Below the pieces are notes generated by a model, which was not told the origin of the DNA, made no database searches, and was given only the letters and a program-made list of their open reading frames with translations. Positions 39,358 to 64,000 of a stretch of 64,000 nt of DNA are shown here, piece after piece (position 1 is the stretch's first letter; each line of letters begins with the position of its first letter). The DNA is from the human T2T-CHM13v2.0 reference genome, Homo sapiens: NCBI RefSeq assembly GCF_009914755.1, contig NC_060925.1, one strand, 5' to 3'. Both the position numbers and the translations under genes were made by a program.

Positions 39358-40617
39358 CTTATCTTCCTCCTGGTCCCCTGGTGCCCCCTCCTGGGGGATG
39401 ACAGTTCAGCATTTCCAAGAGTCTTGGCAGGAAGGCCGCCCCCAAACCAGTCCTTAGGAAGGAGAAAACCGTTGGGCTGAGGGTAGAGGCTGCAGCAGCC
39501 CTGGACACCAGAAGGGGGCAGAGACGGGGCCTCCTGGATGCCATCCTCACCCGGTACCCACCAAGCCCTGGAGCTCTACAGAGGGAGGCCTAGGGGCGCA
39601 GATTCTAGTGGGCCATCGCTGCCCAGCCATCTCTGAAGCTCCCAGTTCTCCAGGCAGCCGGATTTCCCCTTCTGGTAAACTGTTCCCAAGGCCTGTGCCG
39701 GTTCATGCACCCAGCTGGGTCCTGGGCCTTCTCCTGGTGGGCCTGCCTCAGTGTGCTTCCCTGGGCAGGTGGGTACTCCGCTGGCAGATGCCCTTATGAC
39801 CTGAAGGTCTCAAGGCCAAGGTGGAGCACGCTGGACCTCTCAGCAGGAGCTGCCAGCTGGAGGAAGCAGACAGGGAGGGGACACATGGCCCAGCTCTGAG
39901 AAAGCCTGAGATGGGGGAACATGACGTCGGGGCTCCTGGGAGCCTCGTCTACTTCAGCAGGGGTCTTTAAAAGGCCAACACTCCCTACACAGGAGGAAAA
40001 ACCGAGATTGCAGGCGAGGGCAAGGTTGGAAGGGCGTCGGGTCAGACGGGCCTCTGCTCCCCACCTTGGCTATGGCCTTCCTGTGCACTCTGCCAGCAGG
40101 GACCCCACTGGACTCAGCTCCAGCGGGTGGACAGGAACCAGCTTGTGGTGCCAGACACCAACACCATTTGCTTCTGATGCCTGACCATGGGCAACTCTAC
40201 TCCCTCCATCTGGCTGAAGAGCCAGAAGAAGTTCTGTGGAAAGCATCACACGCGAGCATCGAGGTGGGCCTGGAGGGTGGTGGGGGCATGGCTGCCATCC
40301 TCTCTCGCCCTTCCACTTGGAGCCGAGGCACCGGCAGTAGAGTCTGGTTATGAAGAGGGCGGTGCGTTCAGACTGCTGTTTTCCACACATGTCATGAAGA
40401 ACAAGCTCAGCAGCATCCAGCAAACTTACATGCTGGACAGGCTGTGTGTGGGCTGTGGCCTTCAGGCAGGGAGCATGAAGTGAGGTAGCCCTAAGCCCAG
40501 CTGGGCCCTCTCAATGTGTTCTCCTCACCAGCGCCTTCTGCTAGGCAGCGAGGTGCAGCTCCATGGCAGGTGTACAGCACCTTAGCACACGGAGGTGAAT
40601 GTCAGCAAGGCGGGCCT

Positions 40618-40921
40618 GGACAGCACACCGTACCTCACTGTTCTCAAGGTGGGCACCACCGTTGGCTGGGTACAGGGTGGACAGCACGCCCTACCTCACT
40701 GTTCTCAAGGTGGGCACCACCATTGGCTGGGCACAGGGTGGACAGCACACCGTACCTCAGTGTTCTCAAGGTGGGCACCACCCCTGGCTGGGTGCAGGGT
40801 GGACAGCACGCCCTACCTCACTGTTCTCAAGGTGGGCACCACCATTGGCTGGGCACAGGGTGGACAGCACGCCCTACCTCACTGTTCTCAAGGTGGGCAC
40901 CACCATTGGCTGGGTACAGGG
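40618..40921 (+). repeat. 61-bp tandem repeat, 5 copies, spanning the FGFR3 exon-7 end and donor
   Basis: ggacagcacrccstacctcactgttctcaag|gtgggcaccacc... Confidence 0.95.
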
Positions 40922-41039
40922 GAATGGGCAGGCTGGAGGCCTCGCTTCACTGAAGTCTTCACTTCACGGGTAGATTTCATTGAAATCTACTAGCATTATA
41001 GAATTTTTGGAGTAACCTATGAAAGACAAAATTATGTTG

Positions 41040-41578
<539 letters not shown>

Positions 41579-41982
41579 GTACCAGCAGGAAACAAAATCC
41601 TGTGCACTGAGTAGTTCTCCAGGATATGAACTTGTTGGTTCATATAGAACCTGCTATGAACCAAAGTCCAAAATTAGATGTGGTTTCTCCTAAAGAATGT
41701 GTCAATTCATAAAAGTGGGAATCACTCCTGTGACTGTCTCTCATAATTGGTTCAAAAACATTTGCTTTTCTCTCTGCAACTTTGTATATTTTTAAATTAA
41801 TTAAATCTTTTTACTATATGTGTATTTATCCTATTTCATCTCGGGTTTACCTTGATAATTTGTTCCTAATGAAATATTTATTCTGCGTTTGTAGTATTCC
41901 ATAGTTTCCACGTTTTTAGGTTTTCTGGGCAGTCGACATGGAAGATTTATGAGGGTAGGGCTTTGGTGTCATCAGTGAATGA

Positions 41983-42291
<309 letters not shown>

Positions 42292-42929
42292 TGACCCAGA
42301 GTTTTCTCTGTTGTAGCATGACAAATATAAGGATAGCTGATATACTTAATACTCATTTTTATTGTGTGAGTCAAATGAGTTATTGCATCTAAAGGAAACC
42401 AGTGAAGCATGCCATTTGACTTTGGATTATTTCAAGACAGCACACTGAGCCCACATCCACTGTTTCATTAATATTTAGATAGGACAGAAAAGCAAATGTT
42501 GATAAGAACAAATACTACACCACTTAATAAATAATGAATGGTATGAATAATGGAAATTTGATGAATCAGATGAATCAGTACTTATTTAGTTCATACAATG
42601 TGTTAGTCATTATTCTAAGTGATTTATACCTATACACTTAATACCTAATCGTTTAACATGTATAACACAATGATTTATGGAGAATGACACATTGATAATC
42701 ATATTAGGTGGCATTAAAACCATAGAAATAAAAATGTTCTGGTATATAACACAAATGAACACAGGAAAGTTAAATAACTTGATTAAAAAGTGTGACTTCA
42801 ATAGCAAAGACATGGATTCAACCTAAATTCCCACCAACAGTGAAGTGGATAAATGCCCATCAACAGTGAAGTGGATAAAGAAAATGTGGTACATTTCTTT
42901 ACCATGGAATACTATGCAGCCATAAAAAA

Positions 42930-43075
42930 GTGAGGTCTCCCTATGTGTCCTAGGCACTGGAGTGCAGTAGCTATTCACAGGCACACTTCAGCCTCAAACT
43001 CGTGGGCTCAAGCAATCCTCCCACCTCAGCCTCCCAGATAGCTGAGATTTCGGGTGTATGTCGCCATGCCTAGCC
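42930..43075 (-). mobile_element. FAM-type (7SL-derived) fossil Alu monomer after an L1 fragment
   Basis: ggagtgcagtagctattcacagg is diagnostic of 7SL/FAM. Confidence 0.65.
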
Positions 43076-43444
43076 CTGGGAGTTTTGCAGTAACACCCAT
43101 TGAAGTGCACAAGGCGATGACCTTTATGTCAGATCTTTCAAAATAGTTCAAGTAACAACGGTCATCCCCAGTTATGTTCTCATGTGTTTCACGGTGCTAC
43201 AGAGAGATGTTTCTGCTGATGGTGGCCACGTGGTTGAGTTCTGATCAATGAGACTTAGAAAGAAGTGCCTGGGGAGAATGGACTTCTGTAAATTAAAAAG
43301 CAATGGCTTCCAACCTAATTCCCCATGACCTATCAGCTTACTATTTCCTCCTGGTTGCTGTTTGGAATGTGGTTTGATGCCTGGAGGTGGGACAGCCAAC
43401 TTGGACCATGAAGGAATAAGCATGAACACAATAACTAAGCATAG

Positions 43445-46480
<3,036 letters not shown>

Positions 46481-46649
46481 TTATTATTATATTGTACCCT
46501 ATTTTAAATATCATATATATTATTCACAAATGAATGTAACATTGTATACAAGGTTAAGTGTATATAAATGAATGTCCCCTAGGCAAGGCTGGGTCCCAAC
46601 CCAGAGAGGAAACCCTCTTGGAGAAGAGCTGTAGCCAGAACGCTGCCTC

Positions 46650-47330
46650 ATTCAGACACGCGCGGGAGCTGTCACCTGTCACTAAGAGTCTGAGGGGGCG
46701 GGGCCTGAGGCCCTACCCAATCAGGGGCACCGGGGCGGGGACTGCCTAATCCGGCGCTCCGCTAGAAAACCCGAGGCGGCTTCCGGGTGTGCCCGGCCTT
46801 TGTCTCTCGTGCCCGCACGTGCGTGTCTCGGTCAGTAGCCCTGCGCTTCTCCTTCACTCTCGGCGGTTCAGGAGGCTCTGCCGCAGCCGGGGCCCTCCTG
46901 TGACCTGCATGTACTGGGGGATTCGCAGGGAGGATGTCGGGACACCCCGGAAGCTGGGAAATGGTGAGTTGCGCCGCCGGGGGTCTGGAGAAGGGAAGGG
47001 GCTGTGGCGGCCCCGGGCCCCGGGCTCCCAGCGGTCGGCTCCCGAGGGCGGACCCGGGTCCCTGCTGGCGCGGCGCGGCGCGGCCCTCGGTCCTTTCTGG
47101 CGCCCGGCAGAGCTGGGCGGGCAGCGGCACCCCGGGCTCCGGTCCCGTCTCTGCACCGCGACTTCCGTCCTGCCCGAAGCAGCTTCCCTCCCCGGCCCGC
47201 GCCCGCAGCCCCGCGGCTCCTCGGGATCCTGCAGTGAGACCCGAGGCGCCTCAGGGGAGAGGCCCAGCGCGGTGTGCGGGCTCGCGCCTGCGAGGAGCTG
47301 TGGCCACTGGCGTTTCCAGTCCCTCCTTAA
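46650..47330 (+). promoter_or_regulatory. KRAB-ZNF-type CpG-island promoter
   Basis: GC box 46695, CCAAT 46717, second GC box, cttccggg ~46780; same layout as the reverse complement of the ZNF669 promoter. Confidence 0.85.
46934..46963 (+). CDS. ZNF124-like first coding exon (MSGHPGSWEM) with intact donor; no partner exons seen
   Basis: ATGTCGGGACACCCCGGAAGCTGGGAAATG|gtgagt; peptide equals the recalled ZNF124 N-terminus. Confidence 0.6.
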
Positions 47331-47818
47331 TCCTGTTAAAAATTAAACTGAGGTTTAATTAAAGCGTTACAGAGTTTGAGCAAACAGCGATTCATGAGTA
47401 GGGGAGCACCCAGCCACGGTTTTTGGTTTGTGGGCCACCGGACGGTCTTGATGGAAAGGCTTCTGTAAAGTGTGTAAGGAAACAAACCAAATTTATTTAT
47501 TTTTTATTTTAATGATCGGGTGGGGCGGGGGGGGGGGTCTCCCTGTGTTGCCCAGGCTGGTCTTGAACTTCTGGTCTCAACCTCCCGAAGTGCTGGGATT
47601 ACCCCGCCCAGCCCAAAGCAACCCCAATTTAATAACTGATTGGTTATAATTATGTAGTTCTGTTATTCGGATTATTTAGGTGGATGGTTCCTGGTTATGT
47701 AATCAGAGGTAAATTGCTGATTTGGGGTTAAGTTTTCTTTCCCTTCAAGTTAATTACAAGAAAGGCATGAAGTACCTTTAGGTTTTCTTGGTGAGGAACT
47801 CAGGGCACCATCATCACT

Positions 47819-48278
47819 TAAGGGAGGAGACCACCCCTCATATTGTCTTATGCCCAATTTCTGCCTCCAAAGAAAGAAGAAGTAAAAACTAAAAGGCAGA
47901 AATGAAATCCACAGGCAGACAGCCCGGCGCCGCGTCCTGGGCCTGGTTACAGATTGACCCTTGACCTGACCGGTTGTGTTATCTATAGATTCCAGACATT
48001 GTATGGAAAAGCACTGTGAAAATCCCTGTCCTGTTCTGTTCCGTTCTGATTGCCGGTGCATGCAGCCCCCAGTTATGTACCCCCTGCTTGGTCAATCGAT
48101 CACGACCCTCTCACGTGGACCCCCTTAGAGTTGTAAGCCCTTAAAAGGGACAGGAATTGCTCACTTGGGGAGCTGGGTTTTTGGAGACGTGAGTCTTGCC
48201 AAAGCTTCCGGCAGAATGAAGCCCTTCCTTCTTTAACTCGGTGTCTGAGGGGTTTTGTCTGCAGCTTGCCCTGCTACA
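47819..48278 (+). mobile_element. LTR2-family (HERV-E) solo LTR
   Basis: taagggaggagaccacccctcatattgtc...cctgctaca; actt on both flanks. Confidence 0.85.
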
Positions 48279-49221
48279 ACTTCAGTCTAATTTCTTCCTA
48301 TTTAATTATTTCCACAAGGGTACTGGTTTCCCCTGCATTTCCCAAATGTAAGGCAAGCAGGGTCTCAAATCCATGACCGTATTCCCCAGCCTAACTTCTA
48401 GAACTTGCAGTAAAATTCTAAATTTCCAGTTTCTTCCTCATACTCTCAAACTCCAACTTCACCTCTCCAATTTACAACATTATTAATTATTTGTTCTTTA
48501 TTGTGCATTTGAACCAGATGCAGTAATGTAATTGTTTATCATGTTTTCACTGAGCAGTGAGGAGCTGTTTCTGAACATTCCTTGTGAAAACAGAGAATAA
48601 TCACCTGATCTAGTCCACTATAAAAAATTCTTTGTACCTCTCCTCCTTTTGTCTTCCCTAGGCACACTCACAAACGTCTTTGGATGGAGGTTTCCCTTTG
48701 GAACCTTCACGTGGTGTTGTGTCCTCAGCCACCCTCCTGTCTTTTCTGGGTCCTGGGTTCAAAACTGTTTGAGGATGACCTAATGTGCCCACACTGGCCC
48801 TGTCTCTTGGAGTGTCATAAATAGTGAATGTCAGCTGTTGGGTCCTCTTCTCCCAGAAGACAAGGTGAGGTTTAGGGGTGGAGCCTCTCAGAGGAGCAGC
48901 TGGATGGCATGAATCCCCTGGGACCGAGAGGAGTCTCCTGGGATACTCTTCTATACTCTTCCTCTAAAAAGCTAATCCACTAGGACTTAGATTTTTTTTT
49001 TTCTCTTACCCCCGTTATCACTCCTTAGAGACAAAATGCTGGTCAGGCAGTCGGATACTGGTATTGAGGGAAGAAAGAATTTCTGCCCTCTGGATTGTCT
49101 CATGCTTGTGAAGGGAGAACAGCTATTCCAAAGTACAAGGAAACCCCGCCCCGCAGTGAGGCAGGAACCTGAAAAGCAAAATGCATTTGGGGCACAGTGG
49201 GGACACGGCGCAGTTTTCTGG

Positions 49222-51078
49222 GGGAGGGTGGGCATTGAGTACTTCCCCCAGCAGGATGGGGTGGGAGGATTCAGGAGATGAGAGGGAGGGTGGACATTGA
49301 GTACTTCCCCCAGCAGGATGGGGTGGGAGGATTCAGGAGATGAGAGGGAGGGTGGACATTGAGTACTTCCCCGAGCAGGATGGGGTGGGAGGATTCAGGA
49401 GATGAGAGGGAGGGTGGACATTGAGTACTTCCCCCAGCAGGATGGGGTGGGAGGATTCAGGAGATGAGAGGGAGGGTGGACATTGAGTACTTCCCCGAGC
49501 AGGATGGGGTGGGAGGATTCAGGAGATGAGAGGGAGGGTGGACATTGAGTACTTCCCCCAGCAGGATGGGGTGGGAGGATTCAGGAGATGAGAGGGAGGG
49601 TGGACATTGAGTACTTCCCCCAGCAGGATGGGGTGGGAGGATTCAGGAGATGAGAGGGAGGGTGGGCATTGAGTACTTCCCCCAGCAGGATGGGGTGGGA
49701 GGATTCAGGAGATGAGAGGGAGGGTGGACATTGAGTACTTCCCCGAGCAGGATGGGGTGGGAGGATTCAGGAGATGAGAGGGAGGGTGGACATTGAGTAC
49801 TTCCCCCAGCAGGATGGGGTGGGAGGATTCAGGAGATGAGAGGGAGGGTGGACATTGAGTACTTCCCCCAGCAGGATGGGGTGGGAGGATTCAGGAGATG
49901 AGAGGGAGGGTGGGCATTGAGTACTTCCCCCAGCAGGATGGGGTGGGAGGATTCAGGAGATGAGAGGGAGGGTGGACATTGAGTACTTCCCCGAGCAGGA
50001 TGGGGTGGGAGGATTCAGGAGATGAGAGGGAGGGTGGACATTGAGTACTTCCCCCAGCAGGATGGGGTGGGAGGATTCAGGAGATGAGAGGGAGGGTGGG
50101 CATTGAGTACTTCCCCCAGCAGGATGGGGTGGGAGGATTCAGGAGATGAGAGGGAGGGTGGACATTGAGTACTTCCCCCAGCAGGATGGGGTGGGAGGAT
50201 TCAGGAGATGAGAGGGAGGGTGGACATTGAGTACTTCCCCCAGCAGGATGGGGTGGGAGGATTCAGGAGATGAGAGGGAGGGTGGACATTGAGTACTTCC
50301 CCGAGCAGGATGGGGTGGGAGGATTCAGGAGATGAGAGGGAGGGTGGGCATTGAGTACTTCCCCCAGCAGGATGGGGTGGGAGGATTCAGGAGATGAGAG
50401 GGAGGGTGGACATTGAGTACTTCCCCCAGCAGGATGGGGTGGGAGGATTCAGGAGATGAGAGGGAGGGTGGACATTGAGTACTTCCCCCAGCAGGATGGG
50501 GTGGGAGGATTCAGGAGATGAGAGGGAGGGTGGGCATTGAGTACTTCCCCCAGCAGGATGGGGTGGGAGGATTCAGGAGATGAGAGGGAGGGTGGACATT
50601 GAGTACTTCCCCCAGCAGGATGGGGTGGGAGGATTCAGGAGATGAGAGGGAGGGTGGGCATTGAGTACTTCCCCCAGCAGGATGGGGTGGGAGGATTCAG
50701 GAGATGAGAGGGAGGGTGGACATTGAGTACTTCCCCGAGCAGGATGGGGTGGGAGGATTCAGGAGATGAGAGGGAGGGTGGACATTGAGTACTTCCCCGA
50801 GCAGGATGGGGTGGGAGGATTCAGGAGATGAGAGGGAGGGTGGACATTGAGTACTTCCCCCAGCAGGATGGGGTGGGAGGATTCAGGAGATGAGAGGGAG
50901 GGTGGACATTGAGTACTTCCCCGAGCAGGATGGGGTGGGAGGATTCAGGAGATGAGAGGGAGGGTGGACATTGAGTACTTCCCCCAGCAGGATGGGGTGG
51001 GAGGATTCAGGAGATGAGAGGGAGGGTGGACATTGAGTACTTCCCCGAGCAGGATGGGGTGGGAGGATTCAGGAGATG
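49222..51078 (+). repeat. 62-bp VNTR, about 30 copies
   Basis: Unit gggagggtgg(a/g)cattgagtacttcccc(c/g)agcaggatggggtgggaggattcaggagatgaga. Confidence 0.98.
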
Positions 51079-51849
51079 GGATGGTCTGACTTGACCCTTG
51101 AGTCAGCCATGTCCGTGCTCGTCAGTACTGCTACTCGTTTGTCACCTTGAAAATACTTGTTCACTTATTTTAACTTCAGTTTTTCGCTGATTGAAAAATA
51201 CATTTTATCAGTACAGCTTGAGAGATAATATTTTCAAAAGGCCAAGAAAGAGGTGTATATCAGAAAAATATTAGATATCTAGTCATATATTTCATTTGTT
51301 AAAAATTCTTAAATGGCTTTTTTCTTGCCCAGAGGGAGTGTAGTAAGTTTCACAGGTTTGTTCTTTTCTGGGGGTGGTTTCAACCCGAATTCCAGGGCTT
51401 AGCTTTGGGAATGCTACCAGGGAAAAATAGGGACACTGTCTTCCATTATGGCTGCAGAAAAATACGTTTTCACAAGAAAGTATACTCACTAACAGAAGCT
51501 CACTAAAGCATCAGTTCCACCTTTGTGCCGAGCGGAGATTCTGTGACAGTGGATGACTCTGTTTCCTGTTACCTGGATGTCCAAGTTTAATGGCAAATCT
51601 GTGGGTGGGGACTTGGCATTTTTAGATGTGTTAACATCGAAATAATTTCTTTATGAAATAATATGTTATCATGTAAATAATTACATGACTTGTTTATTGT
51701 ATGAAAGGAATACTTCTGCTTTCCCTGTTGAGGTATGAAATGTAAGTGCCTTGCAATTTTATTCCCTCCAACATACATAAAAGCAGAGTTTGAGTGATTT
51801 TGCTGGACTCTTCAAACACTGAGTATTTTTTCATTTGAAACAAAGTGGG

Positions 51850-52132
<283 letters not shown>

Positions 52133-52149
52133 CTAAAAAACTCATAATA

Positions 52150-59660
<7,511 letters not shown>

Positions 59661-59894
59661 AAAAATTCTGGACTAATTTAAAATGAACAATTCTCCGATC
59701 AATCACATGGCAATTCCTTGCCCCAAGAGTGCAGAGAAAGAAAGGTACATACATAGACCCAAAACTTACTAGAGTAGAAACCCATAAGCACATCTTCATG
59801 AACCAGTACATCTGTAGGAAAATTGAAAGTGTAATTGGCAAATTGTTTAAAGCTGAGTGTGAACATGATTGACAGTAACAAATAACTGGAAATG

Positions 59895-60311
59895 TCAAGC
59901 TGGGAACTGCTTAGGGCAAACCTGCCTTCCGTTCTACTCAAAGTTAACCCTCTGCTCACTGAGATCAATGCATATCTGACTGCCTCATTTTGGAGAGGCT
60001 AGTCAGAAACTCAAAAGAATGCAACCATTGTCTCTTATCTACCGATGACCTGAAAGCTCCCTCCCGACTTCAAGTTGTCCTGCTTTTGCTTTGAGTTGTC
60101 CTGCCTTTCTGGACTGAACCGATGTTCATCTTACATATGTTAATTGATGTCTCATGTCTCCCTAAAATGTGTAAAACCAAGCTGTGCTCCGATCACCCTG
60201 GGCACATGTTGTCAGGACCTCCTGGGGTTGTGTCATGGATGCGTGTCCTCAACCTTAGCAAAATAAACTTTCTAAATTACTGAGACCCATCTCAAATTTT
60301 CACGGTTCACA
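59895..60311 (+). mobile_element. MER4A-like LTR
   Basis: gggaactgcttagggcaaacctgcc...aaaataaactttctaaat...ggttcaca. Confidence 0.7.
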
Positions 60312-60334
60312 CCACTATGTAATACCCTTGTTGT

Positions 60335-62780
60335 TTTAAATCTTTATTGGTTTAAATCTGTTTTGTCAGAAACTAGGATTGTAACCCCTGCTTTTCTGTT
60401 TTCCATTTGCTTGGCAGATTTTTCTCCATCTCTTTATTTTGATCCTAGGTCACTGCATGGGTCTCTTGAAGGCAACATACCATCAGGTCTTGCCTTCTTA
60501 TGGAGCTTGCCATTGTGCGCCTTTTAAGCGGGGCATTTAGCCTGTTTACATTCAAGATTAGTATTAATATGTGTGGATTTGATCCTGTCATGTTGTTAGC
60601 TGGTTATTATGCTGACTTGTTTGTGTGGTTGCTTTATAGTGTCACTGATCTGTGTATTTAAGTGTGTTTTTGTATTGGCTGGTAGCAGATTTTTCTTTCT
60701 ATATTTAGTGCTCCTTTCAAGATCTCTCATAAGGCAGGTCTGGTGGTAATGAACTCCCTCAGCATTTGCTTGTCTGAAAAGGATCTTATTTCCCTTTCAC
60801 TTAGGAAGCTTAGTTTGGCTGGGTATGAAATTCTTGGTTGAAGATTTTTTTCTTTAAGAATGTTGAATATAGGCCCTGAGTCTTTTCTGGCTTATAGGGT
60901 TTCAGCTGAGAGGTCTGCTGTTAGCCTGATGGGGTGACCTTTGTAGGTGACCTGCCCTGTATAGCTGCCTTTAACAGTCTTTCTTTTATTTTGACCATGG
61001 AAAATCTGATTATTGTGTGTCTTGGGGATGATTTTATTGTGTAGAATCTTGCAGGGGTTCTCTGGTTTCCCTGAATGTGACTGCTGGCCTCTCTACCAAG
61101 GTTGGGGAAGTTTTCGTGGATGATATCCTAGAATGTTTTCCAACTTGTTTGCTTTCTTCCCATCCCTTTCAGGGATGCCAATAATTCATAGATTTGGCCA
61201 CTTTACAAAATACCATATTGCTCAGAAGTTTTGTTATTTTTTATTCTTTTTAATTTTTCTGACTGTCTTATTTCAGAGAGCCAGTCTTCATGTTCTGAGA
61301 GTCTTTCCTCCACTTGGTCTATTCTGCTGTTAATACTTGTGACTGCATTATGAAATTCTTGTAGTGTGTTTTTCTGCTCTGTCAGAACCATCAGGCTCTT
61401 TTTTATATCAGTTATCTTGTCTTTCAGCTCCAGTGATTCTTAGTTTTTTTGGATTGGGTTTTGCATTTTCCTGAATCTTGATGATCTTAATTCCTATCCA
61501 TATTCTAAATTCCATTTGTCATTCCAGCCAGCTCAGCCTGAGTAAGAACCCTTGTTGAAAAACTGGTGTGGTCATCTGGAGGACATACAACACTCTGGCC
61601 ATTTGAGTTACTGGAGTTCTTTCATTGGTTCTTTCTCATGTCTGCAGGTGGGTGTTCCTGTAACTGCAGTGTAGATTGAGTACAGTCAGTACACTTTTTT
61701 TTCTGGATGTCTTCGCAGAGCCAAGGCTTTGTGCAGGGTCTTCATTTGTAGCTGACTTGTCTTTGGTCTCACAGAGGGGAATGCTAGCAAGGTGTTTTTG
61801 GTGTTGGAACTTCGGGATGTGATCCAGTAGGTGGTGCTTAGGCATACTGGTTAGTTGGTAGGCTCTTGCTTGGTCATGTGGCTCCCCTATATTTTCTGAC
61901 AGTTGCAGTCATGCTCCCTCTCAATGTTCTGAAAGTGTGGGCTTCTCTCCCACTTGAATGCTGGCTATAAATTGTGGCTTGGCACTCTTGGGCTGCCCAC
62001 CACAGCTCTGGGGCACTCTCAGGGCTTATGTTCCTCCCCTGGCTTGGAGGCAGCAGAGGAAGGGACCTTAATAGTGGTTGTGGCCAAAGGTCTTTTGCTT
62101 GTCTCCTGGGGGCTCCACCCAAGAGGAGCCGGTTAGCAATTGCTAAGTGCAATCAGCCCAGAACGGAGGGTCTGTGCTGTGGGACCAAGCCCAGGGTTTC
62201 CTATCTGGTGACAAGCAGGGGGAGTGGGTGGAACCTGTGGGAGATGAACTGGTCTCCTCTCCTTGGGTCAACTGCAGTTTGTTGTAGGTGTGGATAAGGC
62301 ACTTATGGTATTTGTTCATTCATTTGTCTGAGGATAGCAAGGGCAGTTCCACTGCAGACAGCGGTAGCAAGGCTTTTGTTTGCTCCTGGGGGCTCCACCT
62401 CCAAGAAATGCAGAACCATAGTTACTGGGGGTGTTCAGCTGGTGGGTGGGGCACCTGCACTGCTGGCATAAGCTTGGGGTTCTGCTTGTTGGGGAGCAAT
62501 GGGATGAAGGCTCACAGGGAGAAAAGACTAGTCTCTCGGTATGGTGGCTGTGGTGGTATGCTGTTAAGCTTGGGTGTAGCTCTCAGGTTCTTTGTTTCTT
62601 CCCCAGACCAAAGGCAGCAGGGATAGAACTATTACTGTGGCAATGGCAGAGGGGCTGTCATATGCCTCTGGGAGCCTCTCCATGGGGAAACTCTGGGCCA
62701 CTACTGGTGGGTATGCTCAGCCATGGGAGAGGTGACTGTTCTGTGTTCATGAGCTGGGGGCCCTACAGCAGCAAAACTGA
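60335..62780 (-). mobile_element. Older L1 5' half (5' UTR, ORF1, start of ORF2), antisense
   Basis: Minus ORF LQEFHNAVTSINSRIDQVEERLSEHED; ttttgtcagaaactaggattg. Confidence 0.8.
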
Positions 62781-64000
62781 GAAGACCTGTGATGCCTGCC
62801 ATAGTGGATCCCCAAGGGTCCGCACTGGGTGCAGCAAGCAGCCCATATCTCAGTCCCCAGGAGACCACCTGCTGCCAGTTCTGAAAAGCCTGGTGACCTC
62901 TATGGTAAGTCTGAGGCCATTTATCAAGACCTAGTTCAGACACAAGCACAGTAGGTCCATTCTCTGCTGACCTGGGAGCAGCTCTCTTAGCTTGCCAGCT
63001 CTGGGGGCCTCTGTGCTGCAGTGCAGAACTTCTACACCATGGACTCCCAGGTGGCCTGGGTTCCCTGCTGAGGGCTGGGAATCTCAGCCACCCTGACTTG
63101 TGCCAGGGTCCAGCCCTGGCTGGAGAAGTCCAGAGCTCCTTCTGGGAGAAAGATAGGACCAGCCCTTTTTTGGACCAAAGGTAACTCAGCCTATCTATAG
63201 ATGAGATGAAGCTTGACCTGGGGGTCTCCTGACCCTATTCAGCAAAGAAAACAGGTCTGGGAGTGAAAACAAAGACTTGCTGCTTCTCAGATTCTTCTGG
63301 ATGACCAGCAGTGACAACTTTAGACACACCATGTTAATAACAGAACCTGTGGTGGTTGTAGAAAAGGAATTTGAACAATATACTGAAAATGGTAAACCCA
63401 GTTTTCTTTAAGGCTGATTACTGACAAATTTTGTATTTCATATAAGACATCTGATGTCTTTTGGCTGTCTTATGACAGTCATGCATTTCTGTAAATCAGA
63501 AAATATTATTAGGGTGTAATCATTCATATATGTTTGTATATTAAAAAGAGTAGCAAAATGAATATATATTTATATCTTCCCCACTTGAACTCAGAAAAGG
63601 CTGTAGCTCTTCACTCTCCCAGGCCGAGTCCTCAGAAGATTGATATTCACCAACCTTTAATAGCATTCTCTCTGGAGAAATGCTTCTATTTTTTCAGTTT
63701 GATGAAATCACCATGCCATTGTTTTTACTTTTCATTTTCTTACACAGAATCTAAGACAAGGTATATTAAATGCTTAATGATCCTATTCTTCACCTGGCTC
63801 ATATCATTTACCTAATTTTAAACTTTCTTCTACTCTAAAAATTTCAATTCATCTTATGTATTGTAGAAGATTTTAAATCTAATACAGGTATTGTCTTTTT
63901 TTTTTTTTACATATATTCTATTGGCATTTTACACTGGGATCATGGAATATTTCATTATGTAAATTATTTAATTTTTATGTAGAAAAAAGAAAATTATTTT

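Larger units (their letters stand above)
31260..40921 (+). pseudogene. FGFR3P6: Unprocessed FGFR3 pseudogene copy B: exon 2 ~31260-31390, exon 3 33578-33850, exon 4 34197-34248, exon 5 40100-40263, exon 6 40323-40445, exon 7 ~40531-40648
   Basis: Exon 3 gagctgagctgc...gtctgggtcaagg...gtgtgcgagtgacag|gtgagt; exon 5 GNSTPSIWLK (FGFR3 GNPTPSISWLK); exon 6 KNKLSSIQQTYMLD (ENKFGSIRQTYTLD); exon 7 VNVSKAGLDSTPYLTVLK (VNGSKVGPDGTPYVTVLK); stops and frameshifts. The symbol is from recollection of a 1q44 pseudogene and is less certain than the homology. Confidence 0.85.

Noticed and set aside
31260-40921. Secreted FGFR3 decoy protein from copy B
   Set aside because: Start-codon region deleted; stops or frameshifts in exons 3, 5, 6 and 7

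Overview
Primate (human-like) genomic DNA that matches the 1q44 KRAB zinc-finger cluster; the locus is recognised from memory of the proteins, not from a database search. It contains the complete ZNF669 gene (minus strand, 4 coding exons, 464 aa), the C1orf229 ORF in a CpG island, and a plus-strand KRAB-ZNF promoter/exon 1 encoding MSGHPGSWEM (the ZNF124 N-terminus) with no KRAB exon downstream in the window. The main unexplained structure is a pair of intron-containing FGFR3 duplicates pointing away from each other around ZNF669: exons 2-4 on minus (~4.6-10.45 kb) and exons 2-7 on plus (~31-41 kb). They share a much more similar tract around exons 3-4, and the plus copy hosts the CpG island, a 46-bp VNTR and a 61-bp splice-donor repeat. 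Other elements: a HERV-K14(HML-1)-like provirus lacking its 5' LTR inside an Alu and carrying a 51-bp copy of ZNF669 sequence, an Hsmar1 mariner, a near full-length L1, several solo LTRs, a 62-bp VNTR and many Alus. All identities are by-eye estimates.
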